Positions 37,627 to 51,068 are shown, counted from the whole stretch's first letter. The stretch is 62,978 bases of DNA, filler included, from Octopus bimaculoides (GCF_001194135.2; 6 parts of 6 records of this genome joined end to end with filler, not necessarily neighbours in it); one strand, 5' to 3'. Translations and numbers: made by a program. The notes: a model not told the origin generated them from the letters alone.

Positions 37627-38828
37627 GTATGCATATTTGACCATGAAATAACATGCTTTTAATGCAACTATACTCACGTACATATGTGTGTATACATTTG
37701 GAAATATAAATGTGTGAATACAAAGTTTACTTAATGTGTGCAGTAGAGTTATATATTTGTCCGGATTTGCCGATTACATTGCTACTTAGATCTCCGGTTC
37801 AGGCAATGAGGGGGCAAAAACTGAAATATTTTTCGACAATTTTAAGATCAATCTTCATTTGTCATTATCGCCCGTATGAATGATCCTAGTATTCTTAATG
37901 GAAGTGTTTGATACTTGGAGACAAATATCAAACACATGGTACCTGCTTGGTACTTGTGTCTAAGTGTTTGGTACTTGTGACCCTCGCACCTATGATATAG
38001 GGGAAATTACTATTGTAGATAGAAGGGTGCAACTGGTGTGTTGAAAGAGAAACTAACCTATTTGAATCTTTAAAGGAGGCGAGAAGAATTTCATTTGATG
38101 GCATGAAGAAGACAACATTTTAATGCCATTGACAAACAATCTTGCTCTATGTTAGGCTGTGGAATTCCTGAAATAGACAATAAGTGCATCTTCACTTTCC
38201 ATTCGTGTACAATATTTTAGGTTGCGTGTTAATTTTGGATCACACTGTCTGTTAATTTCCAGACATTAAGATGAATACTTCCTCCGAACTTAAATGAATG
38301 TACGTGATGATTGTAGCTAACTTTAAAAGTGTTTCCAATAAATAACGAATGATTCTTCTTGGTTGCTAAACTTCCTCTGTATACCGCTATCCTACAAAAT
38401 GCAAAATTGTTCTCCAGATGCAGACTACTAGTTAGGGTATAACTGGGTCGTCGAAGTTGTGACATCTGTGTTGTTGGGTGACCGCTGTGTTGACAATTAG
38501 ACGCGTACTACAGAGCGTTTTAAACGATATAATCATCCACTTTTTGTTTCTTTTCGTGTGTATCCTAATTCCTGATAAAATGAGGAAATGGCGATAAAAT
38601 GTTTAAAATGTTCCTGTTACACCATATTGTATATCAAATCTATCTATCTATCTATCTATCTATCAACGAAAATTTTAGGAAAATATAAATAAGAAATAAG
38701 TGGAAATTTTACCGATGAATGTGTTTTATTATAAGGCACAAAAAGAAAATGACTCTCCCCAGACCCAACAGAATATACTTCAACAAACGAACCCACATAA
38801 AGAATCTTGCAAACCAAATCCAAAAACG

Positions 38829-38871
<43 letters not shown>

Positions 38872-38879
38872 AGAGGCTG

Positions 38880-38995
38880 ATAGAATAAGTAGCAAACTTA
38901 AAAATAAGTACTTGGTTCGATTCATTCAACTAAGATAGTTCCTCAAGGCGGTGCCCCAGCATGGCCGCAGTTTAATGACTGAAACGAGTAAAAGA
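38880..38995 (+). mobile_element. SINE family B 3' tail module
   Basis: gatagaataagtagc...aaggcggtgccccagcatggccgcagtttaatgactgaaacgagtaaaag. Confidence 0.8.
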
Positions 38996-39073
38996 AAACA
39001 CAAAAGATCGACACAGTTATGTCTACGTTTTTACAAAACATACTTCTATAAATATTCACGTAAACACATACGC

Positions 39074-39116
39074 ATTATTACTTCGTTATTACTTCGTTAT
39101 TACTTCGTTATTACTT
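39074..39116 (+). repeat. 11-bp tandem repeat (ttattacttcg) x~4
   Basis: Direct reading. Confidence 0.85.
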
Positions 39117-39209
39117 CTCCTTCTGAACTCTTCAATGTTAAGAAACACTTTCTTTCCCTTCTTTCCCACCCAACTTAAATGATAGGCTCCTAAAAGTACA
39201 TGTACTAAC

Positions 39210-39278
39210 CGCTTTTGATTTTTCTGCTTTTTCTTTTGTTATCCTCTCTCTTAGTTATTTGTTTCCAACAACTTAAAC
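39210..39278 (-). CDS. Candidate symmetric phase 1-1 exon (unknown gene)
   Basis: Acceptor ttcaatttcag and donor gttagt; 69 nt, LSCWKQITKREDNKRKSRKIKS. Confidence 0.25.
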
Positions 39279-40812
39279 CTGAAATTGAACCCGAAACGTC
39301 TAGCATTTCTTTTCTTCAGTCATTGCTCGTCAAACTAAAACAACTTTCTCAACGAGTTTTCCCTTATATCGTTATAATAAATTTGAATATGTTGTTCTCC
39401 ATGCTGACGCAATCAGACTTATTTCTGTCCATATCAGATTATTTGCTGGAATAGTTACCTGTAATCTCCCAGATTACGGTTCTTGTATTATTTGAGATTC
39501 TCATCAATCATACTTGGCAATCCTGATTGATATAATATCTTTCTCTTGGAAGTCATTTTGTGTTTGTGTGTAGGTGAATCATTATGAAGTCATAAAGATT
39601 AATTACGTAACTTCAGTACAATGTCCAAATTATGACGTGACACTTTCGAGTAGATAGCGATCGACTCCATTGTAGGTCTTGTATTTGATCCTGGTGTGAA
39701 CATTCTTTCAGGCAAGGGAGACCAATGGAATCAATACTGTGAAGGTAAAGGAATGCACTTTTAGAGGAATACTTCTATGGAAGACTTTACATCTACGATC
39801 TATGAGAATATGTGTTTGTAAGGTTTATAATAAAAACCCTGGCATTATTATAACAAATCACTAAACTATATAATTCTCGTTTCCTATTTTTTCTGACATG
39901 AATAATACAGCTATTCTGTATTTCATGCATCATGTCTTTGCTACTTGTAGAGTCAGTATAAATAAAACAAACTTTTCCCATACGAACATACAAATCTCTT
40001 CGTCTTTTTGTAATCGTAATGACCCAGTATCTGTCTTCTCAGGGGTCTATTTTTGAACCATTAGTTCAGTCAGTTACTATTTCACATGCTATTCATAATA
40101 TGTGAAACAAACTCAGTATATGTCCTACTGAAAGTCCTTTTAAAATGGTTACTGCCGCTATATGCTTACTTTTTGGTACTTAGAAATAGTTGTTACTGGA
40201 TAACTACCCAAAAGGAGTCTAAAGGATAATATAATTACGATTATGAAATAAACTAGTTTATTGTAGAACACACATAACATACCATTAAAGCTCTTGTACG
40301 TTCAATTTCTATCTAACGGAGAATCATGACATTTACATTGCAATTTTGAACAAAAGACCTTAGTCGGCGTTGCAGATAACTCCATCATTATTTATGGAGA
40401 AATTCCTGAGTAACAATTGACTGACTAATTTATTTCCTGTGTAATGGATTTTCCATACCCTGAAAGAGGGCTCTAGATTTAAAAAAATAGTAATTTATTC
40501 ATCAGCATAAAGTAATCATCGACAAGATCCGCTGCATCTCTTATCTGTTTTACGGTACTGAAAATAAGAAAGTATGACGTGCTTTCGAATTTGGATAAAT
40601 ATTTTAAAAAATGCTCTGCATAGGGTATTGAATATGCATAAAACTGTCATACGTTTGATACTGGATATTTTCGGGAACTAATCACATCTCGATGAACTGT
40701 TAACTAATCAGGCCTCGATTAATTTCTGAATAGACTTGCTTATACATTGTTGCATTGCTACCCTCATTCAATCGTTTTAACAATCAAAGATATAGAAAGT
40801 TTTAAATCACAT

Positions 40813-40847
<35 letters not shown>

Positions 40848-40849
40848 GA

Positions 40850-41790
40850 TGCACCGCATAAGACAGACGCAGATCATTTTCCCCTTCTCAGAGCCCATGG
40901 AGGTCGAGGCTTGATCTTATTTGAGATCTCTTACAAATTCACCACAATTGGACTGGCCAAACATCTTGAAACACCTAACAACTGGGTGTTAAAATTCGTT
41001 AAAAACCACGAAAGACGTAAGAAGCATCATTCTATCATGAAGGAGGGCAAAAAATTTATTAATGAGTTCATGCATAATATCTAGATTGAACAACATATTG
41101 GAAGTGAGGCAACTGTTGCAAAGAAGATGAAGTCAATGGCAAAGTAAAAAGCATTTAAACAATTGGCTGATAGGTGGGAACAAAAACCTCTGCATGGAAA
41201 ATGTGTGGCCCGTAGCAAACAAGTTGATGTAGACCCGAAGCACACCCATCAGTGGCTACGGAGCTAAAGATTAAAGGCTTTATCTTAGCTGCTCAAAATC
41301 AAAGCTTATTGACCCGGAACTATCAAGCCAACATGATGAAAAGTGAAGTAGTTCCAAAGTGCCGATACTGCAACGATGAAATTGAAACAGTAGACCACCT
41401 AATCTCTGGATGTTAGGTTTTAGCACCAGTAGAATATAAATCTAGTCATAATAGAGTTGACCAATATCTACATTGGATAATGTGTCGGCATTATAAAATC
41501 AAAACTGCTAACAAATGGTACAAGCACCATCCTGAGGCTGTAACTGAGGCGGAAAATGTAACGATTCTTTGAAACTTTCCAGTACATATAGACCGGACCA
41601 TCAAAGCTAATAAATCAGATATTGTTGTGAAAAATCAAACAATAAATGCCAGTGATTGTAGGAGCACAGGCAATGATCAAAAAGGGAACTGAAAGTTATT
41701 CGAGGATGATCCCTGGCTTACTCTCCATGCAGGTAGTACAAAAAAAATGTCTTAACTGGTGCGTCACACGTATTGAGAAGAGAATTGTCG
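40850..41790 (+). mobile_element. R4/Dong-like LINE C-terminal fragment (zinc knuckle plus deleted RLE)
   Basis: KPLHGK, GFILAAQNQSLLTRNYQ, KCRYCNDEIETVDHLISGC (C-x2-C-x8-H-x4-C), HWIMCRHY...WYKHHPEAV, then PVIVGA after an internal deletion. Confidence 0.9.
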
Positions 41791-42017
41791 CTCTGAATCT
41801 CTTCCCCTTTACCCGCTTATTTTCTTCTTCTTTTTCTCATTTTCCCTTCTTCCCCCTGTCTTTCTTCTTTTTTATATCACGACTTTGCAACTGAGCAATC
41901 TGGTGTCTTTATTTCAATGGCCTATCAATGTATACAGTGAATTTCTTTGCCCAAGGTGTTGAGAAGACACTCGGCAAGATTTAAAAAGAAAATTGAAAGA
42001 AGATAATAATAATAATG

Positions 42018-42079
<62 letters not shown>

Positions 42080-42080
<1 letters not shown>

Positions 42081-42645
42081 GCCCTGATGCCATTCCAAGC
42101 AGTGGCTCTCATGACTTCTGATCTTAACTGATTGGAAGTTTTAGCATATACGTTTTATCTTGGTGTAAAAGGTGGGCTTCAGCAAATATTCTGCTCAGTA
42201 TCACAAATTTGCTTGTCAGTTGCTTGACCTTAACCAGTTGAGCATGTCCCCTAGTGGTTAACGATATGTGCATCACTGATCATGAGCGGGAGTAGTGGTA
42301 GAGTATCGTAACCGTGAGTTGAGAGGAGTTTTTTGGAGATTTGAATAACTCACTTCTGGAAACATATGTGTTTCGTTCAACATCCGTAAACAAACCTTTT
42401 TGAGCAGAATGGAATCGTTTGAGCGGAATGGGCTACATGACCTGAAGAAAATTCTAACTGGGCCCCACCTGCAAGATCATGTGCTGGTTGTCTTGATACA
42501 AGGTCACCATGTCGCGCACATATGGTTGTGATACATGTCCCTGGTGTACTCTTATCAGACGAGTAGTTATGATGGGTACATTGGGCTTTGTATATTTGTA
42601 CCCCAATGTCACTTTCATGGTATGCGCTGCTCACTCACTCAATTG
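42080..42645 (-). mobile_element. Dispersed retroelement 3' UTR-like repeat with (ATT)n tail
   Basis: The minus strand ends ...cagttaagatcagaagtcatgagagccactgcttggaatggcatcagggc plus (ATT)n. A partial second copy lies at ~42920-43015. Confidence 0.6.
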
Positions 42646-43014
42646 TAATAATAATAAAAGAATAATATGAGATAGAGGTTTGATAGGTTAACGGGCATTG
42701 CAGCCAAAGCAAATGTTATAACGATATACGAGCGCAACGTACGAGGACGACCACTTATAAATGTGAAAGATTGTGGTCAGGGAATGTAGTTCTTTAGATT
42801 TGTATTTGGCCAGCAGTAAAGAAGAAATTTTCAGGTATGTTTCCAAAAGCATTGAAACTACTGAAAGTAAAGAAAATTACAAACAGAGGCTGTTGGCTGA
42901 GAAACTGAGCAAGATGGTGGGTATGGAAGTATTCTCTCATCAGATGGGTGTATTGGGCTTCGTATATTTGTACCCCAGGGTCAATTTGGTGGCATACGCT
43001 GCTCTCTCACTCAT

Positions 43015-43285
<271 letters not shown>

Positions 43286-43512
43286 TGGTTTCCGATTTTG
43301 GCACAAGGCCGCGCCTAATTTAGGGACAAGGTCAAAAATTTATTTTAATTACTTTATTTTATCGCCCCTCCACTGGGATGAAATGTAAAGATTATACTTT
43401 ATTGAAATATGTTTGAAGTTGTCACCGTACTTACCAGCGGCCAAATATCACTTCACACCCACACATATGTGTACATATTATCAGTTGACTGAAGGAACAC
43501 TGTGGAATTTTG

Positions 43513-44838
43513 GTTCATGCAGATAAAAGAGGCAATAATTACAATGTGCCACAGGATATTTATCGGAGTTTCATATTAAAACGAGTACATAAGGATTGTA
43601 AAACAGTAGAGGACTCCACCTAAAGGGAAGTTCACCTGGAAAGCCGCAACATTGCTTCTTACATCGAACTTAAGGGCAGTATTGAAACCTTTTATCCTAG
43701 ATCATCGCGTATTAACCTAATGAAACACAAGATTAACTTTATACTCAACCCTTTTGTTTGTCTTATATGCCCATCCAGTTCAGATATAGGCAAAATCAGT
43801 AAAGAAACTATAGATAGAATCTTACCGCATCCCCGAATTAATATTTAACTAGACTTGTAGTTTAACGTTATTGATGTTCTTTATTGGTTTAGATCTTTAC
43901 CCCATAAAGGTAAATGTAAATATATCCAAGGGGATATCGATGGTTACTATTTCAGTGTCTCACTTATCTTACTTAATAAAGCTCTGATCTTTGCTCTGAA
44001 AACCTCGGATCTTACTAACAACGAAATTGGTACATCCTTAGGGCCCGTCGCACCATCATTAAGTACGATAGAAAACTACGGGCTTGTAAGGACATCCCAA
44101 TAACTTTGACAACGTGATAGGATCGTGTGACCCTGCCCAGATAACTGATCTGTAAGGTCACATAGCAATGATATCGATAGAACAAAATCCCAACAAAGTC
44201 CTAACAACCATGTATTTGAAAATATACAATATACTACAAGCTAATAGTAATAATAATTCACAAATAGTAAATATATCTAACTCCAAGACAAATAAGACTA
44301 CAGCAAATTCAATGATAACATCAAGCACTATAACAAATGACCATAATAATATAAGATGTTATACCTCTGAACAGAAATATAAAAATAAAAATTGCTCATG
44401 TAGAAATAAAGAATCATGTACTTTAGAAGGTAAATGTAGAAGATTTAACGTGACATACAAGTGCATAGTTACATTAACGGATAGTTTAAATAACATGGTA
44501 TACACAGAGAGTTCTATTAATTTTAAGCAAAGATTTTTAGCACACATACATTCCTTTAAGCCTAATATAACTAGTAATGCTACTTCATTAGCTACCTATA
44601 TACATAAATTGAAACAAATAAAGTTAACTATAGATTAGATTGGTCAATAATAGATTCAGCTATACCACACATACATAAGTCTAATAGTTGCCGTCTCTGT
44701 AAAAAGGAATCACTGCATATTTTACTGTATAGTCAAAAGAACTTAAGAAATTGTCAATCAGAAGCGCTTTCAACATGTAGACACAGGTTCTATAAAACTT
44801 TTAAATTTTGTAAAAGGTCCAATAAAGATTTATATTAG
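43513..44838 (+). pseudogene. Penelope-like element ORF relic (RT N-terminal half plus GIY-YIG endonuclease), probably Hydra clade
   Basis: VHADKRGNNY...LMKHKINF...CLICPSSSDIGKISKETIDRI; VIDVLYWF...YIQGDIDGYY (RT motif A); FDNVIGSCDPAQITDL (motif B'); CSCRNKESCTLEGKC..VTYKC..FKQRFLAH..TSLATYIHKLK..IDWSII..CRLCKKE..CRH. Multiple stops and frameshifts. Confidence 0.85.
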
Positions 44839-45388
44839 TGTCTATTCTTTATTATTTATAGTAGCGATATCAAAATAAGGAGATAATTATAAATAGATTG
44901 GTAGATAAAGTAACTAAACTTTTTGACTATAAACATATTTACACGACATATATTATACATTAAACGATTGATAAATTGGTTTACTTAGAATTTGAGCTTG
45001 TACACATTTAACCTACAATAAATAGACCTTTAGACTTGTAATAATAACTAAACAATAAAACAAATAAAAAAAATTTTCAATTTGAAATTGAAATTGGTAT
45101 ATTCCCGTTATACAAATAAAAATATAACAGTAATACTTTGACCACCAAAATCAACCATCTACATCTCAAATATGGAATGCAGGATAAGGTACCGCTTACA
45201 CAAAATTGTCATGGATTACCTAGATGAACTTACCAAGGATATATATAAAAACTTTAAAATTTTCATTCCAAAGTCTACCTAACAAAATCAAAACCAGTAA
45301 ATATTAATTTATTTCTCAAAAATACTTTTCGTTATTTTTTCTGATTTTTAAAATAACATTCGATATATTATATAAAATTTAACTTCTC

Positions 45389-45480
45389 CATCTCTGACGA
45401 GCGCAAGTATTGTCTATCAATGTGTATCAATAATGGATTCCATTATAATGACAAAACTTTCAGGAAACGATCGTAAGATG
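45389..45480 (+). ncRNA. Type I hammerhead ribozyme motif with elongated stem II (degenerate)
   Basis: Stem I catct/agatg; CTGACGA at 45394-45400; GAAAC at 45464-45468; palindromic stem III ac-gatc-gt; cleavage triplet GTA. The core-proximal pairs of stem II are mismatched. Confidence 0.6.
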
Positions 45481-46388
45481 CATTAATTACCAAACTTATA
45501 TACTGTCATATTTCATATACTTACATATATTATTAATACGAAACTGATTTAGACACATATTTTCGTGAGGAATTTTTCTAATATAAAATTTCATGCTATT
45601 ATTTCAAAGCACAGTATATATAATCGCTTGTATTAAATGTCTAAATACTTTATAGTATTAATGTTTTTGACACTTGATACAAAGAGCACACGAAACTTCA
45701 GTGTATCATATTCTCACAGAATATATTTAATTAATAATATGTATCACATATACATATATCATATATATATAATATATATATCTAACATATATATATATCA
45801 TATATATCATATATATATATATATATANNNNNNNNNNNNNNNNNNNNNNNNNNNNNNNNNNNNNNNNNNNNNNNNNNNNNNNNNNNNNNNNNNNNNNNNN
45901 NNNNNNNNNNNNNNNNNNNNNNNNNNNTATTTATATAAGACACCTTATGACAAAGGCAAGGAATTTTGTCTTCTCTGTAATTCTGAACTATTTTGTATTC
46001 TTTTTTCTAAAATCCCCTTGTAAACACGGTTATAGAGCGTGCATACCGATGAAAATATTGGCAGAAGCACGCCTTTAGTTCATATAACTGATATCTATCA
46101 TTATATATAATTTAAACATTAAATTCCTTCTTACATTTCGCATTCACTAGATACATCTTTTTCCAAGTCTATATGGTTTTATTTAATATACATATTGTTA
46201 TAAACTTCTCATTTCGTTGGTTTTTTTCTTTCCTTTACCCCTCCTCTTTTAATAGGCTACCTTTGACGTTATATCCTCTTATGTTTTTCTGAAACAAACT
46301 TAATCGCGTTCATTTAATCACTATACATATCCATCATTTTCTATTAAAATGTCTTATTGATGAGTTTCATTTTCTCATTTCCATGCAG

Positions 46389-46482
46389 TTCTCATATTCG
46401 GTTAAAACGTTTAAGCTGGTTCCCATGCATTTTCCTGAAGAGAAGATTACATTCTTATCAACTTCACCTATTCCTATGGAAG
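46389..46482 (+). CDS. Candidate exon (unknown gene)
   Basis: Acceptor ttttctcatttccatgcag and donor gtataa; FSYSVKTFKLVPMHFPEEKITFLSTSPIPME (phase 0 to 1). Confidence 0.15.
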
Positions 46483-46644
46483 GTATAATTTGTAATCTTC
46501 GAAACATATGTTGGAAATAAAAGTATTCAGTTAACATATGCGTTTTACTCCATTTACTAAATATATATATCATATATCATATATCATATATACATGTATC
46601 GAATTGGGATGATATTTTAACGGTAACATGCTTCACTTTCTCAC

Positions 46645-46734
46645 ATTGGTATCAGCTGGGTTGTCGTAAAATATTGGTCCAAAAGAGTAGCATTTAACAT
46701 TATCAGTAACAAAATTGTAGCAATTACCGACAAA
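46645..46734 (-). CDS. Candidate phase 0-0 exon (unknown, Cys-containing)
   Basis: Acceptor ccctcgcacag and donor gtgaga; 90 nt, FVGNCYNFVTDNVKCYSFGPIFYDNPADTN. Confidence 0.25.
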
Positions 46735-47780
46735 CTGTGCGAGGGTGTATGCGTGTGAGACATTGAAATTGAGAGAGAGTGATACAGAGAGAGAGAGAGA
46801 GACAGACAGAGATAGATAGATAGAAAGAGAGAGAGAGTGAGACACAGAGAGAGAGACAGATATTGAGAGAAAGAATACTCCCATGAAGCTCTGTATTAGT
46901 ATAATGTTGAGATATATAATGTATGTTATATATACAAGCATAACACTGCGCATGTCAGACCTGTAGACATTCACGTAAATAAAGAACGGACACCTACTGG
47001 ATTTATCATTCATATGTTTGCAAACTAATACACACGCACAATCACTCACACACACATACACAGACGCACACATGCGCATGCACATATCTGCAGACATCAT
47101 ACCGTAGCCATCACACTATCAGTTTCCCTCTCTAACTACACACACTCACACACACACACACGCACACACACACATACACACAGATGCACATACACACACA
47201 CAGACGCACACACATGAACATACGCATGCTAACCAACACACGCTCACAGTGCACACTCACACACGCACACAAGTATACACATACATGATCTATATATTTC
47301 ACGTAAATACTTACATCGGGAGTAAAAAAAAGCATGAAGAAAAGATAAGACATACAAAAGAAACCAGTACAGATGTGCTTCCATACATTGGAGCACGTAT
47401 TATGCGCAGTAATTTTTGCACATATATCTGCATGAATGCGAGTTGGTTCGGTATTTTCACATAGATTCTTTTTTTTTGGTTTGTTTCATTTTCATTTTTT
47501 CTTGTTTTCATTATTTTTCTTCTCGTTGTTTTGCCTGTTTGAATATATCTACATGGGTCATAGATCCATAGGCAGTAGAAGTTTCAAAGGGAAATGGTGA
47601 AAATTAACAAAAGTTTTTTTGTTATATCAATGAACGAGATAAAGGGTTTGGGTATCGGAAAACTGGCACAATGGTCTTCAATTGTACTGCAGGAAAACGA
47701 CGTAAGTTGTATATTTACTCTATGTATGTATGTATGTATGTATGTAAGTATATATATAGATATACAAATATGCAGACATA

Positions 47781-47821
<41 letters not shown>

Positions 47822-48063
47822 TATATATACATGGTGTGAATTTATGTAGGGGAAACTATTGCTTTTGGAGACAAAGAGAAAAAATATAGTGGAAATAATT
47901 GGAATGTAGAGGAGGAGACAATTTAGTAATCGTGAGACATGTTTGTGTATGCATGTGTATGTGTATTCCTAGGTATATATGTGTTTATGTGAGAATGTGC
48001 GTGGTGGGAGTGAGAGAGGGAGAGAGAAAGAGGGAGAGAGAGAAAGAGATAGAGAGAAAGAGG

Positions 48064-48124
<61 letters not shown>

Positions 48125-48597
48125 TGTATGTATGTAGATATGTATAGTACACAAAGAAAAAAGACTGGTAGATATTTATGCGCATACGCTCGTATATTCT
48201 GATATAGGTGTAATGATAAAATGATAGGTAGATAGGGAAACAAGCCGATAAGTAAATATATAGATGAAGAGAGGTGGATATATACATTGGTAGATACACT
48301 TATATACAAAAGAGAGCCATGGAAGTAGGCTCACAGTAACAAGCCACATACGTACTCGAAAGGCTCATGTACTTAAGATTTGCGAGTAATTTATAGTCAG
48401 AATACTCAACAAATGTTCATATAGATGATTAAATATTCAAATTTTCAATACATACAAGATTTAAAAGATAACAGTTAAATCATGATACTTTCGTTCACAA
48501 CCTTGCTGCCAAGCCCCGGCGGCCGGTAAAAACTTGCTCTAAATTAAAAAGAGAAAGTGAGATAGATACGTACTTACGTACATGCATAAATGCTTAC

Positions 48598-48633
<36 letters not shown>

Positions 48634-49204
48634 AAATAGTAAATGAGTATATGCATATATACGTACAGGTATGTGCATACCGACATCCACCTGTATGTAT
48701 AGGTGCATATCTGAGTACAGGACATTGCAAACAAAACAGAGACGAGAAAACACACAAGCCACATAGAGAACATTCTACTTCATCAGCTACCTCCGTTTTA
48801 ACACCGGCGTTTCGAAAAGCTAGGCAGGACGCATCGTTATATATACNNNNNNNNNNNNNNNNNNNNNNNNNNNNNNNNNNNNNNNNNNNNNNNNNNNNNN
48901 NNNNNNNNNNNNNNNNNNNNNNNNNNNNNNNNNNNNNNNNNNNNNNNNNNNNNNNNNNNNNNNNNNNNNNNNNNNNNNNNNNNNNNNNNNNNNNNNNNNN
49001 NNNNNNNNNNNNNNNNNNNNNNNNNNNNNNNNNNNNNNNNNNNNNNNNNNNNNNNNNNNNNNNNNNNNNNNNNNNNNNNNNNNNNNNNNNNNNNNNNNNN
49101 NNNNNNNNNNNNNNNNNNNNNNNNNNNNNNNNNNNNNNNNNNNNNNNNNNNNNNNNNNNNNNNNNNNNNNNNTATATATATATATCATTATATATATCAT
49201 TATA

Positions 49205-49390
49205 TATATTCTTTTATTCTTATACTTGTTTCAGTCATTTTGACAATAGCCATGTTGGAGTGCCGCCTTTACACGGACAAATCGACGCCAGGAGTTATTC
49301 TTTGTAAGCCTAGTACTTATTCTATTGTTCTCCTTTGCCAAACCACCAAGTTACGGGGACGTAAACAGAGTCATCGGATGGTGGGGAGAC
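49205..49390 (-). mobile_element. SINE family B 3' tail module
   Basis: tacttgtttcagtcattttgacaatagccatgttggagtgccgcc...agtacttattctattg...aagttacggggacgtaaac. Confidence 0.75.
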
Positions 49391-49406
49391 AACCACAGAC
49401 ACAGTA

Positions 49407-49484
<78 letters not shown>

Positions 49485-50159
49485 GCACGCATGCACACAC
49501 ATATCTATACATATAAATTTGACATGAGTAATTCTTTCTTGTCTTGGGATTCATGGTCAAACGGCTGGGTGGAATTGCGCGAAAAATTACACAGATGTGT
49601 AGAATGATCCTTGGTGATGCTGGACTTTGTATATTTTCATAGTTCCCATGGTTACCGAGATAATCTTCCAAAATAATACTCTTGTGTTTGGGAATGAGAA
49701 GAGAAACGGTGATAGATGAATAAGGAAGGAAGGGGTGATGTCATTCTTGGTAGTGGGATGATGGAAATTGTACGCTGAAAAAAAACCAAATAGCGCTTCA
49801 ACTCTGTGAATATATGTGTGTGTATGTAAAAGGGGGTATGTAAATGTGTGCGTGTGTGCGTGTATGTATGTTTGTGTACGTGCGTGTGCAAGCGCAATGG
49901 AAGTGGGATGGTTCATCATTGTTCACTTAGTATTTGGGTTTAATTTTTGATTTGGTTGAATCTTGGTTGTTTTTTTTTGTTGGTCAGTTATTTTTAGCGT
50001 TTTGACAGAAAAAAGTCATTCTAAAATTGTTTTTTAACGTAATCATGCCCAAACAAGTCGAATGCCTACACAGAACAGGTTTTACAGCCACATCATCCAA
50101 ACCGACCAGGTGAAACCGGTCTTAGCTGCTAGTATATATATACATATATATACATATAT

Positions 50160-50700
50160 ATAGCTGAGATACCCGGCGTTGCTCGTGGTTAAAATGGCAT
50201 AGTTTGTATATAATATATTACAGTTATGTTGAAACAGGTGATATGGGAAAATGCAGCATTGACAAATAAATAAAAAAAAACATTTGTGGAGTAAAAACTG
50301 GGCTAATTCGACTAAGCAACATGCTATGCGTCAGAGCTGCACATAACATTTGTTTCATTTGAAACTTTTAAAGCTCTGCAGAAACGACAATTTGCGTTTA
50401 GCACGCCAATTTGGTCAAAGATATAATTTTATAAGAATTGGATGGATCATATCTGAAAACAACTTCAGGAGTGGTGAAGAACGAATTTGTACGTAGTCTG
50501 TTTCTGAGATCTATTCTACTGGACCTCTGTCGAATCATTAAAATATTGATTTAATGATCCAGCATTAAGTGCTGCAATATGCATTTGCTGATCTTGAGAA
50601 AATCTCTCTTCAGACTCTTGCCTTCGGTTTTCTACAATCCTCCCTGCTTTATACTTGTTTCTGGAGAGATTACGTCTTTTCTGTGTTTCTCCCGTTCATT
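50160..50700. mobile_element. Possible Helitron-related relic
   Basis: The terminus-like tagctgagatacccggcgttgctcg resembles non-autonomous Helitron ends. A minus-strand frame reads RIVENRRQESEERFSQDQQMH, a charged helix. Family assignment is from recall only. Confidence 0.3.
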
Positions 50701-51068
50701 CCGTAAACATTTATTTGAAGAGAACAGAAATTGAAAGACGAGAAAGCGAAAAGGACAGTAAAAGAAAGTGAAAGATGTATGTACGTCTATATGAAATGAA
50801 CGCGCGTGTGAGTGTGTGCGTGTGCGTGTGCGTGCGTGTGTGTGTGTGAGAGAGAAGGAGAGTGAAAAAGAGAGATAGAGTGAGTGAAGGTGTGTGTCGT
50901 GATGACTGATGTCTTTTAGGTACACACACATATAGAAAATGTGACGTCATCGTATAAAATGTTTACGATAGTTGATTTATGGAAAAGATTATAATTTTTC
51001 TAGAAATAATACATCTCTAAATCTCTCAGAGAGATTTATGCAGTAGTGATACGATGAAGTAGTTGTAT

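Noticed and set aside
38061-38168. Minus-strand exon-like unit (tatttcag ... gttagt)
   Set aside because: Stops in all three frames from that acceptor.
48779-48820. Minus-strand GAAAC...CTGATGA as a type II hammerhead
   Set aside because: No room for stem I between the putative cleavage site and the core, and the stem II strands do not pair.
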